Below, in pieces: positions 9,586 to 20,100 of a stretch of 64,000 nt of DNA. The first letter of the stretch is position 1. Each line of letters begins with the position of its first letter. Location: the NCBI GenBank assembly GCA_964503755.1, contig CAZDBO010000002.1, positions 261-64,260 of the forward strand. The letters run 5' to 3'. A model generated the notes under the pieces. It ran no database searches, was not told the DNA's origin, and saw only the letters and a list, made by a program, of their open reading frames with translations. The stretch comes from an uncultured Candidatus Saccharibacteria bacterium. GTDB lineage: Bacteria; Patescibacteriota; Dojkabacteria; JAOAGR01. Position numbers and translations under genes: made by a program.

Positions 9586-10056
9586 TTATGGAAGTATGTT
9601 TCTCACCCACGGTTGAAATGGTTCAGGAAAAAGTCCAACAATAAAATCGATTGCAGAATGAGCTGATTCATCCGATATAATCCAATCGGGTATTGCATCA
9701 TGCATATAAACTTGTATGGCTAATTGGGCGATTACAACTGATGAGAGAGTAACTGGCCAAGAGAGGATATTGTTTGTCAATGTAGCAACTCGCCTTCCAA
9801 AATCTGCAGTATTTTCAGTATTTATATTAAGTCTTTGAGATACATAATTACATAAAAATTTAAGTACCAATGGTGCAAAAAAGCTGATTCCGATCCTAAA
9901 TAATGATTCGTATTCTGGATAATTTGTAGATAAATAATATGTGGATGCTACCTGTGGCGCGGCCAATATAATAGCACGAGAAGCAAGTGAGATTGTTTGT
10001 AATGTGGTGAGTAATACTTTTTTTAGGCATTGTTCTATAGGGTGCATCATATTCAA
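9586..10056 (-). CDS. hypothetical membrane protein
   Basis: 156-aa ORF with hydrophobic segments and no recognised motif. Confidence 0.3.
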   Translation of the reverse strand: MNMMHPIEQCLKKVLLTTLQTISLASRAIILAAPQVASTYYLSTNYPEYESLFRIGISFFAPLVLKFLCNYVSQRLNINTENTADFGRRVATLTNNILSWPVTLSSVVIAQLAIQVYMHDAIPDWIISDESAHSAIDFIVGLFPEPFQPWVRNILP

Positions 10057-10210
10057 ATATTATAATAAATATTTGGTTTTTTGTCAAGAATATTTTTGCA
10101 ATAATAATTAGTAGTACAAATGTTGTATATAAAACAGCGTAAATAGTTTTTTATAATATATAATAGAGTCTTGCGTTAGATATACATTATAATTTCTATA
10201 AAATTCAATT

Positions 10211-11683
10211 ATGAAAGTCCTAAATTATTTCAAACACAGTTATAAAATATGGGGAGATTATTTTCATGTTATTTTCTGGATTATTATTTTTGTACTTTTG
10301 TGTATTAAATTTTATTTAGTAACACCTTTAAACCAAGATTTATTTTTGTCAAATTATAAATTTTTTACTCCAGATAGTTATGACTGGATAGCCAATGGAG
10401 TACGTTTTCTTGATTCTAATGAGACATCGGTACGACAACCTGCACTGTCATTGATAATCCATGTTTTATATAATCTAGAAATTTTATATTTACTTCCTTT
10501 GTTAAATCAGATTGTTCTTGCAATATTTCTATTTTATATTTTTAAGATAACATTTCATTTGTTGAAAAATAAATTTATTTCTTACTTTATAGTGTTAGTT
10601 TTAATGTGGAATTATTTCATTCAAAGTTTCAGCCTTTTGATACTTGCTGATTTGTACGCAATGACATTGATTACAATGTCTTTTTATTATCTTATAAAAA
10701 ATAGAATAAGTCTGTCTTTCTTGTTAATTGGATTATCGTGGGCATTTCAAAATTTCTCGCCTTTTCTGGTACCTGCTTGGATTATGTATTTATTTCTTGT
10801 TGATAGACCAAGACTTGAAAAAGAATACATTTTTGAGACCTTTAAAAAATTAGTAGTAAATTTAGTAATATTTGCCTTACCCAATGGCATATATCTTGTT
10901 TATAAATGGATTAGATATGGTGATCCTCTATATACAGGTGTAATACAGTTCCAACTTATTGATCCTAACCTCAATTCTATGCTTTATTATTTTATTAACT
11001 CATTTAGTGTTTTCGGTCTGATTATTTTTATATTGCCTTTTTTCTATATTTTTCAAAAGCAAATCTCAATCGACAGAAAACATTTTCTATTTATGATGGT
11101 TAGCATTGTTATTACATTAGTCTTTTGGACGGTACTATATGAGTGGAATGATAGAAGATTTTTGATTTATCTATTTCCTTTTGTATTTCCTTTAGTTGCT
11201 CTCATGATAAAACAGATTGTGGATTTACAAAATAAAATAAATTTTTCGCATATTCTAAAACTAATCTTTGTCTTTATTTTATTTTTCTACCCTTCTTATT
11301 TTAGTACATCACATGCACTTTTTGGTAATTTAATACCTTTATCTAATTCGGAAAGAATTATTTTGAGTCTGGATAATACTAGCTCCATAGGTTCTTATCC
11401 TTTATCTGTAGTTATAGATCGTGGCAATGAAAAATTTCCTATATTTTTGCGAAATATAAATGCTTTGTATGCAGAGGTTTATGGGCTTAGGCACGCAAAT
11501 AGAAATACATCGAATGGATTTTATAATGAGTATAAGCAAGAAATATTAAACCAGAAAGAAAATATTTTAAATAAAAATAAATTTTGTAACAATAAAAATC
11601 TTTCTGTTTATGAACTTAATTCGATTTCTCTAATTGTAATAAACAAAAGTATCTATAAAGTAAATGTAATTACGGATTGCTAA
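10211..11683 (+). CDS. polytopic membrane protein, putative GT-C-fold glycosyltransferase (PMT/ArnT/YfhO-like)
   Basis: 490 aa with at least 10 predicted transmembrane helices. It sits next to a GT2 polyprenyl-phosphate sugar synthase; the fold assignment is inferred, not shown by motif. Confidence 0.4.
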   Translation: MKVLNYFKHSYKIWGDYFHVIFWIIIFVLLCIKFYLVTPLNQDLFLSNYKFFTPDSYDWIANGVRFLDSNETSVRQPALSLIIHVLYNLEILYLLPLLNQIVLAIFLFYIFKITFHLLKNKFISYFIVLVLMWNYFIQSFSLLILADLYAMTLITMSFYYLIKNRISLSFLLIGLSWAFQNFSPFLVPAWIMYLFLVDRPRLEKEYIFETFKKLVVNLVIFALPNGIYLVYKWIRYGDPLYTGVIQFQLIDPNLNSMLYYFINSFSVFGLIIFILPFFYIFQKQISIDRKHFLFMMVSIVITLVFWTVLYEWNDRRFLIYLFPFVFPLVALMIKQIVDLQNKINFSHILKLIFVFILFFYPSYFSTSHALFGNLIPLSNSERIILSLDNTSSIGSYPLSVVIDRGNEKFPIFLRNINALYAEVYGLRHANRNTSNGFYNEYKQEILNQKENILNKNKFCNNKNLSVYELNSISLIVINKSIYKVNVITDC

Positions 11684-11726
11684 AAATATACTAACTTTTG
11701 TATTTGTTCAGACTTATTTTGTTATT

Positions 11727-12467
11727 TTATTTTTCGATAATATTATAATAAATAATTTCTTTTAGAGCCTTTACTCCATCTTCTATGGCTTTCATTTTCT
11801 TACCCTCTGCTATAGATCTTGCGTAATAGTAAATTGGATATATGCCAAATTTAAGGTATCGTCCATTTATTTTATATTTGGACAACTTTGCTGTAACTTC
11901 TGGTTCAAATCCAAAATTACTTTTTGAAGTTATATTTTGAGCAATTTCACGCAATACATCTCCTCTTACCATTTTGTAACAAACTTCCATATCTGGGATG
12001 TATGTTTTTATACGTGGGAAAGTAAATAGATTTGATATGAAGGATAAAAATAAATTTCCAAAGTAATTTTGCCAATATATTACTTTGTTTGGTCTGCCAA
12101 ATCTATTGCCATATACAACGTCATATTCATTTTCTATCATTATTTTTAGCATTTCTGCAAAGTCGCTTGGTTCATATTCTAGATCCGCGTCTTGAATAAT
12201 CACTACATCGCCAGTAGATTTTAAGATACCATTGCGTACGGACTGGCTTTTACCCATGTTTTGGGGATTATTTATAACTATTATATTTTCATACTTATTA
12301 GAAAATTCTTCAGCTATAGATAGCGTATTGTCTTTTGAACAATCATTTACAATGATAATTTCTTTTGTAAACCATTCAGGCAAGTTTACTGTAATGACTT
12401 TTTCTAGTATAGCCTCCAAGGTTTTTTCCTCATTGTAAGCAGGTATAACTATTGACAATTTTTTCAT
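11727..12467 (-). CDS. family 2 glycosyltransferase (dolichyl/undecaprenyl-phosphate beta-glycosyltransferase-like, DPM1/GtrB type)
   Basis: LSIVIPAYNEE, IIVNDCSKDNT and VVIIQDADLEYEP form the DxD region typical of GT2 polyprenyl-phosphate sugar synthases. Confidence 0.75.
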   Translation of the reverse strand: MKKLSIVIPAYNEEKTLEAILEKVITVNLPEWFTKEIIIVNDCSKDNTLSIAEEFSNKYENIIVINNPQNMGKSQSVRNGILKSTGDVVIIQDADLEYEPSDFAEMLKIMIENEYDVVYGNRFGRPNKVIYWQNYFGNLFLSFISNLFTFPRIKTYIPDMEVCYKMVRGDVLREIAQNITSKSNFGFEPEVTAKLSKYKINGRYLKFGIYPIYYYARSIAEGKKMKAIEDGVKALKEIIYYNIIEK

Positions 12468-12543
12468 AATTAATTACTCAATTTTTAGCATTATACATAA
12501 GATCTTTTTTTTATTCAAAATTCGATATATAATACTTAATCAC

Positions 12544-13662
12544 ATGAAGCTCAGATTATTACATAAGTGGGCCAAAAGTCTATTAGTTAACAATTATTTT
12601 GCATTTTGTGTAGTTTTATTCATATTATTAATTAATACTGTATTATTGCTTCAAAACGGCTCATGGTTATTTGAATCTCAGGTCCTAGAAAACTATGGTG
12701 ATCAACGTTTATATTTTGAGTTGGCATACAATATTTTGTCGGTAAACAACACTAAATCTCTTTATACTCTAGGCTATCCAGTATTTTATATACCTTTTAT
12801 TATTTGGGAAAATTTCACCAATGATTGGCGAATGATTATGAATGAAGTTATTTTTATTCAAGCTTTTGTTATTATACCTTTGGTTTTCTTTTTGATTTTT
12901 CGAAAACTAGATTATAAAAAGTCATTAATTATTGCACTCATTATTGTGTTTTATTATTTTAATAATATACTGTTTGCACCAGATCCCTTACTAAAATATA
13001 ACTTTTTAGGATTAATTCCTCTATCAGAGCCTCTAGCGATTCTATTATTGTTACTAAGTTATTGTTTTTATTATAAGCTTAAGTCGGTTGAATTATTATC
13101 TAAAAAAGAAATGTTGAATTTTATATTACTAGGTTTTATTTTTGGGTTTACTATTCTTATAAGAACTACTACGGTGATATTGCTTGTTCCGATAGTTTTG
13201 GATATGATTTTTTCTAAAAATTTTAAGAAGTTTTTACTATTGGCATTAGGTGCATTTATCATTTATATTCCACAACTTATTTGGAATCAATGGGTTTCTG
13301 GTATGTTCTTTTTCAATGGATATATTTGGTGGGAGTATGTGAATATGTCAAACAACATGGTTTATAAACAGGCATTATATGGATTCGCAGAGCCTAATTC
13401 TTTCTCTTTATCATATTTTTTTGTAAATGTTTGGAAGTTGATACCCTCATATATTGTATTGATATATCTTTTATTATTTATTAGACCATGGAAGACTAAA
13501 TTTGAAGTATTTATTATGATTTGTACAATTTTGTTTATTGTGATTCATCTGGCATACTGGTGGTCTGCAGCGTCCAATCTTATAGATCGATTTTTACTGC
13601 CTAATTTTTTTCTATTGTTTTTTGTTTATGGTCAAAGATTACGAAAATCAAAAGAGATATAA
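12544..13662 (+). CDS. polytopic membrane protein, putative glycosyltransferase partner (GT-C-like)
   Basis: 372 aa, multi-transmembrane. It is divergently arranged with the GT2 gene and resembles the architecture of 10211..11683. Confidence 0.35.
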   Translation: MKLRLLHKWAKSLLVNNYFAFCVVLFILLINTVLLLQNGSWLFESQVLENYGDQRLYFELAYNILSVNNTKSLYTLGYPVFYIPFIIWENFTNDWRMIMNEVIFIQAFVIIPLVFFLIFRKLDYKKSLIIALIIVFYYFNNILFAPDPLLKYNFLGLIPLSEPLAILLLLLSYCFYYKLKSVELLSKKEMLNFILLGFIFGFTILIRTTTVILLVPIVLDMIFSKNFKKFLLLALGAFIIYIPQLIWNQWVSGMFFFNGYIWWEYVNMSNNMVYKQALYGFAEPNSFSLSYFFVNVWKLIPSYIVLIYLLLFIRPWKTKFEVFIMICTILFIVIHLAYWWSAASNLIDRFLLPNFFLLFFVYGQRLRKSKEI

Positions 13663-13960
13663 ATCTACAACAAACAAGATTATCATTGATAAATAGTGTG
13701 AGATTTGATTAGATGAAATGAGTATTTTATGCTTTTAAATTAATACTAGATTATGCCTAAGTTAGACTATGTAATTTACGAATTTGTTCTCAAAGAAAAA
13801 TAAAAGATCTATCTTAAATAGAATATGTTTTATTAGGAAATAAATGAAATTGTACAGAGATTAATAGTTGTAACAACCAATATAAGTCATATAATTAATT
13901 TATGTTTATTCATTGGATTTTGTTTTCGATGATTCTGCTATTTTTTCCTAATAATTCCTT

Positions 13961-14317
13961 TTACTCATATTGCAAAATTTCCCACCCTTTTATATTTTTT
14001 CTATTTTTGAATTCGTCAGGTACTTCTTCTTCAAACTCTATTTCAAATCTGGAACGTTTTTCTGTCCATTTAAATTCAAACCAGACTTTAGTATGACCGT
14101 CTAAGTAACATAAGGAAGAATATCTGTATATTATACCTTGTACAGGTGTTATATATTCTTTTTCTCTTATGCCATTTTCATCTGTACGAATACGTTTTAG
14201 ACCAGTGTATTCATCTTTTACGAAACTAATACTAACAATTCTTAATCTTGGCATTAGGGCATAGGCTTCCTCATTTGATAAAGATAACCTATATTCCGTA
14301 CTCAGTAAATTATACAA
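13961..14317 (-). CDS. hypothetical protein
   Basis: 118-aa ORF with no motif recognised. Confidence 0.3.
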   Translation of the reverse strand: MYNLLSTEYRLSLSNEEAYALMPRLRIVSISFVKDEYTGLKRIRTDENGIREKEYITPVQGIIYRYSSLCYLDGHTKVWFEFKWTEKRSRFEIEFEEEVPDEFKNRKNIKGWEILQYE

Positions 14318-14469
14318 GCTTGTTGTTCAAATAAAAAGTAAATTAGACATATATTTAATTTATTGTCTGTGTCTTTTTATAATATAAATACCCTAGCTCT
14401 GATATTACAGTCAAAATAATCACTATCAATATTCACCAGAAATTAAATTCACTGTTATTTTGGTTCGGT

Positions 14470-16775
14470 TATTATCATCTTCAGTTTGTACTGGGGTTGT
14501 GATTATTGTGTTGGTAGGTGTCATATCTCTATCTTCTGCATTTTCTGTAGGTGTGGATGTAGGTGTCTGAGTGATTTCTATATTTTACGTTGGTGTTGGA
14601 GTAAGAGTAACTGTTGGAGTAGGTGTGTTGGTACCTATACTATTTGCAATAATTTTAACCGAAGCTATTGCTACATCACCATCAGAATCTATTACTTTTC
14701 CAATACATATATATTCACCAGTATTTGGTATGTTTATATTGTTAGATGTAAATGTAGTAGATGTATTATTATTTGATGTTCCAGCACATGTTCCACTAAA
14801 TGCATAATTGTATGTGCATTACCAGATATTGTTTGAGAGATGACTATTCTGAATGCTGTATTAATATCTATATACACTATGCCATCCATATTCGATGCAG
14901 GAGATAAAGCATATAAAACAATTAGAGGATTAGTGTCATTTGTTGGTGTTGGAGTTGGTTTTGGAGTCGGAGTTAAGGCTGGACTTGGAGTTGGAGTTGA
15001 AGTTGGTGATGGCATAGTATTGATTACTATGTTTTTATTTCCGCCAAGCGAATTTGCACTACCAGAATTTGGTAATGTTAGTATCGCGTTATTTAGTACT
15101 GAATCTTTTATGCTACCACCAGCGAGAGATAAAACATGTACATTTGTATAATCTAAATCTGCAGTATTATCTCCTGATGCTATTGTATATGTAAATGTCA
15201 AAGTATTGCTACCAGAACCAGAAGAATATGTTGCACTACCTCCACTGTTTAAGGTTAGTGTAGGTGTATCTGTTACGTTTACATTTTCGTTAAATACAAC
15301 TTAAATTGATATTGTAGCTCCAACTTCGTATGTACCATTAGTAGCTGATGATGTGACATTTGTTATTATTGGAGTACAATCTAGAGTATCTCCGTTTATT
15401 GTCCAATTATTTGGTGCATTTATTAAAGTGTTTCTAGCTGCTACAGCATTACATGACATATCAGCGACATTACTTATATCCCAAGACCCTATATTTTGAT
15501 TAAAAGATGTGGCATCAGAAAACATTAAATACATATCGTTAACATTACTAGTGTCCCAAGAACTGGTTGGTTGATTAAAAGATATGGCTCCATCAAACAT
15601 AAAGCTCATATTCGTCACACTAGATGTATCCCATGATCCAATTGGCTGATTAAACGATGTAGCATCCTCAAACATACTATTCATATCTGTAACATTACTA
15701 GTATTCCAAGAACCGATTGGTTGGTTAAAAAAAGTTGCACCCGCAAACATACCTATCATGACAGTTACATTACTAGTATTCCAGGAACCAATATTCTGAT
15801 TAAATGACACTGCACTTTACTTTGAAACATCCATGCCATATTATTAACACTACTAGTGTTCCAAGACCCTATTGGCTGATTAAAAGATATGGCTCCCGCA
15901 AACATACCAGACATATTAGTAGCATTACTGGTATCCCAAGATACTAATGGCTGATTAAATGACAGTGCATTAATAAACATACCGGACATATGAGTTACAC
16001 TACTAGTGTCCCAAGATCCAATTGGTTGATTAAAGGATAGTGCACCAGAAAACATGTCAGACATATCAGTAACATTGCTAGTATCCCATCCACTAATATC
16101 TTGATTAAATGTTTGAGCATTTTTAAACATGTCAGCCATATCAGTTACTTACTAGTATCTCAATTGCCAATATCCTGATTGAAATTTGAAGCATTCATGT
16201 AAACCCCAGTCATATCATTGATATTTGTTGTGTCCCATGAATTCATTGCAGCATTAGTTGTCAAAGAAGTTGCTACATAAAACATTTGATACATATTTGT
16301 AACATTAGACAAGTTAGGTACATCTGTAGCATTCAACTCCACATTTTCGCATCCGGGAAAAGCTCTTGACATACTCTCCCAAGCTATAGATGATCCCCAT
16401 TGATCAATAGATAATAGTTTTAACCTGTCACCTGCATTGTTGAAGAATATTCTTGGAAACGTTCCAGTTATCCATATCTGATAAGTTCCAGGTGATGAAT
16501 AAGTGCATGTTACATTGCCGGTTTGATTTACATGTTCATTTGTACTATCACCATCAGTCTACATTGTAGCTGTATCCTCCACCTGCTGTGGTAGGTATAG
16601 TAAACTGGTTATTAGCACTGGCACCTGGATTATCTGTTCGAACCGTGATCTTGAATGCATTTGGATTTGCCTATGCTACATTTTCACCACTGTGAAAGTA
16701 AAATATGGCTGATAAACCGATGAATGATAAAATAAAAAGGATCAGCTTAAAATTAAAATTGATCTTAGATATATA
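14470..16775 (-). pseudogene. DUF285 (PARCEL / Mycoplasma-type repeat) surface protein, fragmented
   Basis: About 9 tandem ~26-aa repeats of the form [25 protein letters not shown] appear across ORFs 15301..15810, 15765..16139 and 16160..16372, which lie in three frames. ORF 14734..15201 (same gene, further downstream) carries a Thr/Pro linker TPTPSPALTPTPKPTPTPT. A signal-peptide-like N-terminus near 16770 lacks an ATG, and in-frame stops occur in the 16380-16700 part. Confidence 0.6.
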
Positions 16776-16858
16776 CTATAGTAGCACTATTTTGTTTAAA
16801 ATCAAGATGTGTAGTTCTTAAATTTGTAAATACGCTAAATATTCATATAATAAATTAT

Positions 16859-17866
16859 ATGCATACAAAAGTGATTAAGATTAATCCTAGCAACATAAGA
16901 AAAGATTTAATTCGATACGCAGCTAAAATAATACAAAGAGGTGGTTTAGTAGTTTTTCCTACAGAGACGGTTTATGGATTAGGTGCAAATGCATTGGATG
17001 CAAGTGCTGTGATGAAAATCTTCAAAGCAAAGAATAGGCCGTCTGATAATCCTTTGATCATTCATATTGCTGGTATCGAACAATTGTATAAATTAGCAAA
17101 AAATGTTCATAAAGATGTTGAGAATTTAGTTAATGTTTTCTGGCCAGGACCTTTGACTGTAGTTTTGAATAAAAAAGAAATAGTACCAGATGAAACTACC
17201 GGATTTACGGATACGGTAGCCATCAGGATGCCAAAACATCCAATTGCATTAGAATTAATCAAGCAATCTGGAGTTTGGGTTGCCGCACCATCTGCAAATT
17301 TATCTGGTCGTCCGTCTCCTACGAAAGCGTCACATGTTATTGAGGATTTGGATGCTAAGGTGGATATCATAATAGATGGTGGAGAGTGTGAGGTAGGTTT
17401 GGAATCAACAGTCATTGATATGAGATCAAAACCCTATACTATTTTGAGACCTGGAGGTATTAGTTTTGAACAGATAAATCGAGTATTATCAGATGTAAGA
17501 TTGTTTTCTTCTCATAAGATTGAATCTCAAGTCGTATCACCAGGTATGAAATATAGACACTATGCACCCGAGGCAGAGTTGATTTTGGCTGATAATGTGA
17601 TGCCTTTAATAGAAAAATATAAAATTTTAGATAAAAAAGTTGGGGTATTAGCCACAGATGAAACTAAAAGTCTTTATCAAGACAAAGCAGATGTACTAAT
17701 AAGCGTAGGAACTAGAAATGATTTAATTACAGTTGCAAGAAATATTTTTGATGCGTTGAGGGAATTTGATCATCAAGGTGTAGATGTAGTAATTTCTGAA
17801 ATCTTTCCAGAAGAGGGGATAGGTAGGGCTATTATGAATAGGCTAAGAAAAGCGGCAATGAAATGA
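16859..17866 (+). CDS. tsaC: L-threonylcarbamoyladenylate synthase (Sua5/YrdC/TsaC, long form with Sua5 C-domain)
   Basis: YrdC-domain motifs VVFPTETVYGLGANAL and KIFKAKNRPSDNPLIIH, with a roughly 120-aa C-terminal extension. Confidence 0.8.
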   Translation: MHTKVIKINPSNIRKDLIRYAAKIIQRGGLVVFPTETVYGLGANALDASAVMKIFKAKNRPSDNPLIIHIAGIEQLYKLAKNVHKDVENLVNVFWPGPLTVVLNKKEIVPDETTGFTDTVAIRMPKHPIALELIKQSGVWVAAPSANLSGRPSPTKASHVIEDLDAKVDIIIDGGECEVGLESTVIDMRSKPYTILRPGGISFEQINRVLSDVRLFSSHKIESQVVSPGMKYRHYAPEAELILADNVMPLIEKYKILDKKVGVLATDETKSLYQDKADVLISVGTRNDLITVARNIFDALREFDHQGVDVVISEIFPEEGIGRAIMNRLRKAAMK

Positions 17867-17951
17867 AATATTTTCTTAATAATCTTTTTTAAAGTTCTAA
17901 TGGAAAATATAGTAAAAAATCAGAAATTTCTACTAATCGGCGGCGTAGCAA

Positions 17952-18570
17952 GTGACTGTATTGATGTTTAATTTCTTTTCAAATAGAAATGAAAATCAGG
18001 CTTCGACACAAAATACGAATACAGAAAATCAAAGTTTTTCTAATCAAAATAGTAATCAGCAAATTGATACTGATGTAGATTATCCCACTGTTACTAGTCA
18101 AAACACAAACCAAAATAAAGTTTATTTAAAAGTAAAAATAAATGGTGAAGAATGGAATGGTATAGTACAGTATGGAGGCTCTCAGTACTATCCAAATGCA
18201 AATAAAATACTTGGAGTTGATTCACCTTATTTACAGTTAGCTTTTGCTGAAGCCAGTGGACTGGGATAAGTCTGAGAGTATATTGATATCAATAAAAGAT
18301 TTCAAGCCAGGAATAGGCAAATATTATGGTATTATGGAGCTTTTGTATTCAAGCAAGGATTTTACGAGAGGATATCAGGATGATTTGCCTGCACAGAAAA
18401 CGGATTTTACTCTCGAAATAACAAAATGGGAAGAAAAAATCTCAAATACTGTTATTGTGTCTGCTAAGTTTGGTGGTACTTTAAAGGGAATATTTGGCTC
18501 TAGTGATGTGAATGTAGAAAATGGAGAAATTGTTGATTTACCTCTCGAGATCGTTTATGAAAATCAATAG
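17952..18570 (+). pseudogene. N/Q-rich protein with conserved ~150-aa C-terminal domain (paralog A), interrupted by a +1 shift at about 18258
   Basis: ORFs 17952..18269 and 18244..18570 overlap in different frames. The joined product aligns with paralog B (19234..19940) across YLQLAF...DWDKSE...FTLEITKWEEK...SAKFGGTLKG. Confidence 0.4.
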
Positions 18571-18585
18571 ATTATTGCAATTTAT

Positions 18586-19128
18586 TTAATTTGCTTCTAG
18601 TATTATCCATTTGTTTGAAAATTTTTTACTTTCAGTATCTTCTTTGTACTTTTCAAACCACGTTTTAGTTCTTTCTTCTATTGTTTCTACTGGATCAATG
18701 TGACCTTCGTTTTTTGCTCTTTGTTTTTGACGTTTTATGGATTCTGAAATGTCAATATCGATCCATATGCCTAAAAATTCTATATCATATTCGCTACATA
18801 AATTTTCATAGTGCTTTCTATCAACATGTCTCCCAAGAGTTGCTGTAGCAATAGTAATATTGTTTTTATTTAAAGATTCGTTTATTTTGCTATGAAATAC
18901 CTTCCATTTATAGAATGGCCATTCTTCATCAGTTCCACCCATGCTCAGAAATAGTTCTTTTTCATTTTTATCATCTATATCAATGTGTATTATCTTCAAA
19001 TTTGTATTATGGACAAATTCAGTAATTTTTCGGGCTAATGTAGTCTTACCCGCACCGGGAGCACCACCGATTAGTATGAGAATATTTTTGGATGTTGTGT
19101 TTAATGTGTTGAAAACTTTTTCTAAGAC
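18586..19128 (-). CDS. P-loop NTPase (Walker A ILILIGGAPGAGKTTLARKI); kinase/AAA-like, family not resolved
   Basis: The open frame extends from 19128 to 18586. The Walker A motif is encoded at about 19040-19075. There is no ATG/GTG/TTG upstream of the Walker A (the first is TTG at 18999), so the start is unusual or the 5' end is damaged. Confidence 0.5.
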   Translation of the reverse strand, partial: VLEKVFNTLNTTSKNILILIGGAPGAGKTTLARKITEFVHNTNLKIIHIDIDDKNEKELFLSMGGTDEEWPFYKWKVFHSKINESLNKNNITIATATLGRHVDRKHYENLCSEYDIEFLGIWIDIDISESIKRQKQRAKNEGHIDPVETIEERTKTWFEKYKEDTESKKFSNKWIILEAN

Positions 19129-19233
19129 TTATTTTTCAGACACGGTATATATTCTAATATTACATCAAAATATAGCATATATTTGGGTAAATTAATTGAT
19201 TTTGACAGTTAATAAAATTTTTTGTATTAAATT

Positions 19234-19940
19234 TTGTGTGTGTCTAATTCTTTACCACCTATAAAGGAAACTACAATAGATTTAAAAATGTTGTTGATTA
19301 CAGCGACATTTTTCTTTATAGTAATTGTTGGAATCGGTTTGTTTTTCATCCTATTTAATAATATTTTCAAAAATAATGAAAATATTAGGGTTTCAACTAA
19401 TAATCAGAATAATAATCAGACTACCGATAATAATAGAAATAATGATGATAATAGATTGCCTATATTCGAAGAAGATTCAGCTGTTAATGATAATGAAGAT
19501 GAACCTCAATCTATTAATAACAACAATAACGATAAGAAAGATTTCTACTTAAGAGCGATAGTTAATTGTCAGGAGTGGAAAGCAACAGTAGGTATGAAAT
19601 CCGTTAAGTTTTATAAAAATGGTAGTGAATTTTTAAGGACTAATGAACCTTATTTGGAGATTGTATTTGGTGGAATTGATAAAAATGTAGGACCATCGGT
19701 AATGACTATGAAAATTAGTTCATTTAACCAGAATTGGGAACATATAAAGGCAATCTATATATTACAATTGTTGGAAATAATCAGACAAACATTTATGATT
19801 ATAAAACACATACTGGATTTAATTTAGAGATTACAAAGTGGAAAGAGCAAAATAACAACACAATCATTATGTCAGCTAAATTTTCTGGTACCGTAAAGGG
19901 CACAGTGGGAGCATTTACGGATATTACTTTTACGGATTGA
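19234..19940 (+). pseudogene. N/Q-rich membrane-anchored protein (paralog B of 17952..18570), interrupted by a -1 shift at about 19745
   Basis: An N-terminal transmembrane helix is followed by an N/D/Q-rich low-complexity region and then the conserved domain YLEIVFGG...NWEHIK | GNLYITIV...FNLEITKWKEQ...SAKFSGTVKG, split over ORFs 19234..19827 and 19734..19940. Confidence 0.4.
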
Positions 19941-20100
19941 GAGATTATTGAGTTGCCGGTGGAAGTGGCTGAGGAGTAAAGTAATCTTATTAGCTTGTTT
20001 TTAGTGTCTACAAGAAAATAATAGATAATTTGATTAGTTTTTGTCCTTCGAGTTTGTGATTACTTTGAAATTATTAGTTTTAATATTATCAAAATTCTTC

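Noticed and set aside
14486-15151. Plus-strand ORFs 14486..14776, 14571..14807 and 14840..15151, which encode GVGVGV- and CRC-rich peptides.
   Set aside because: They are antisense shadows of the low-complexity Thr/Pro linker region of the minus-strand DUF285 gene.
19325-19552. ORF 19325..19552 (+), rich in Ile, Leu and Met.
   Set aside because: It is an alternative frame inside the N/D-rich low-complexity region of paralog B.
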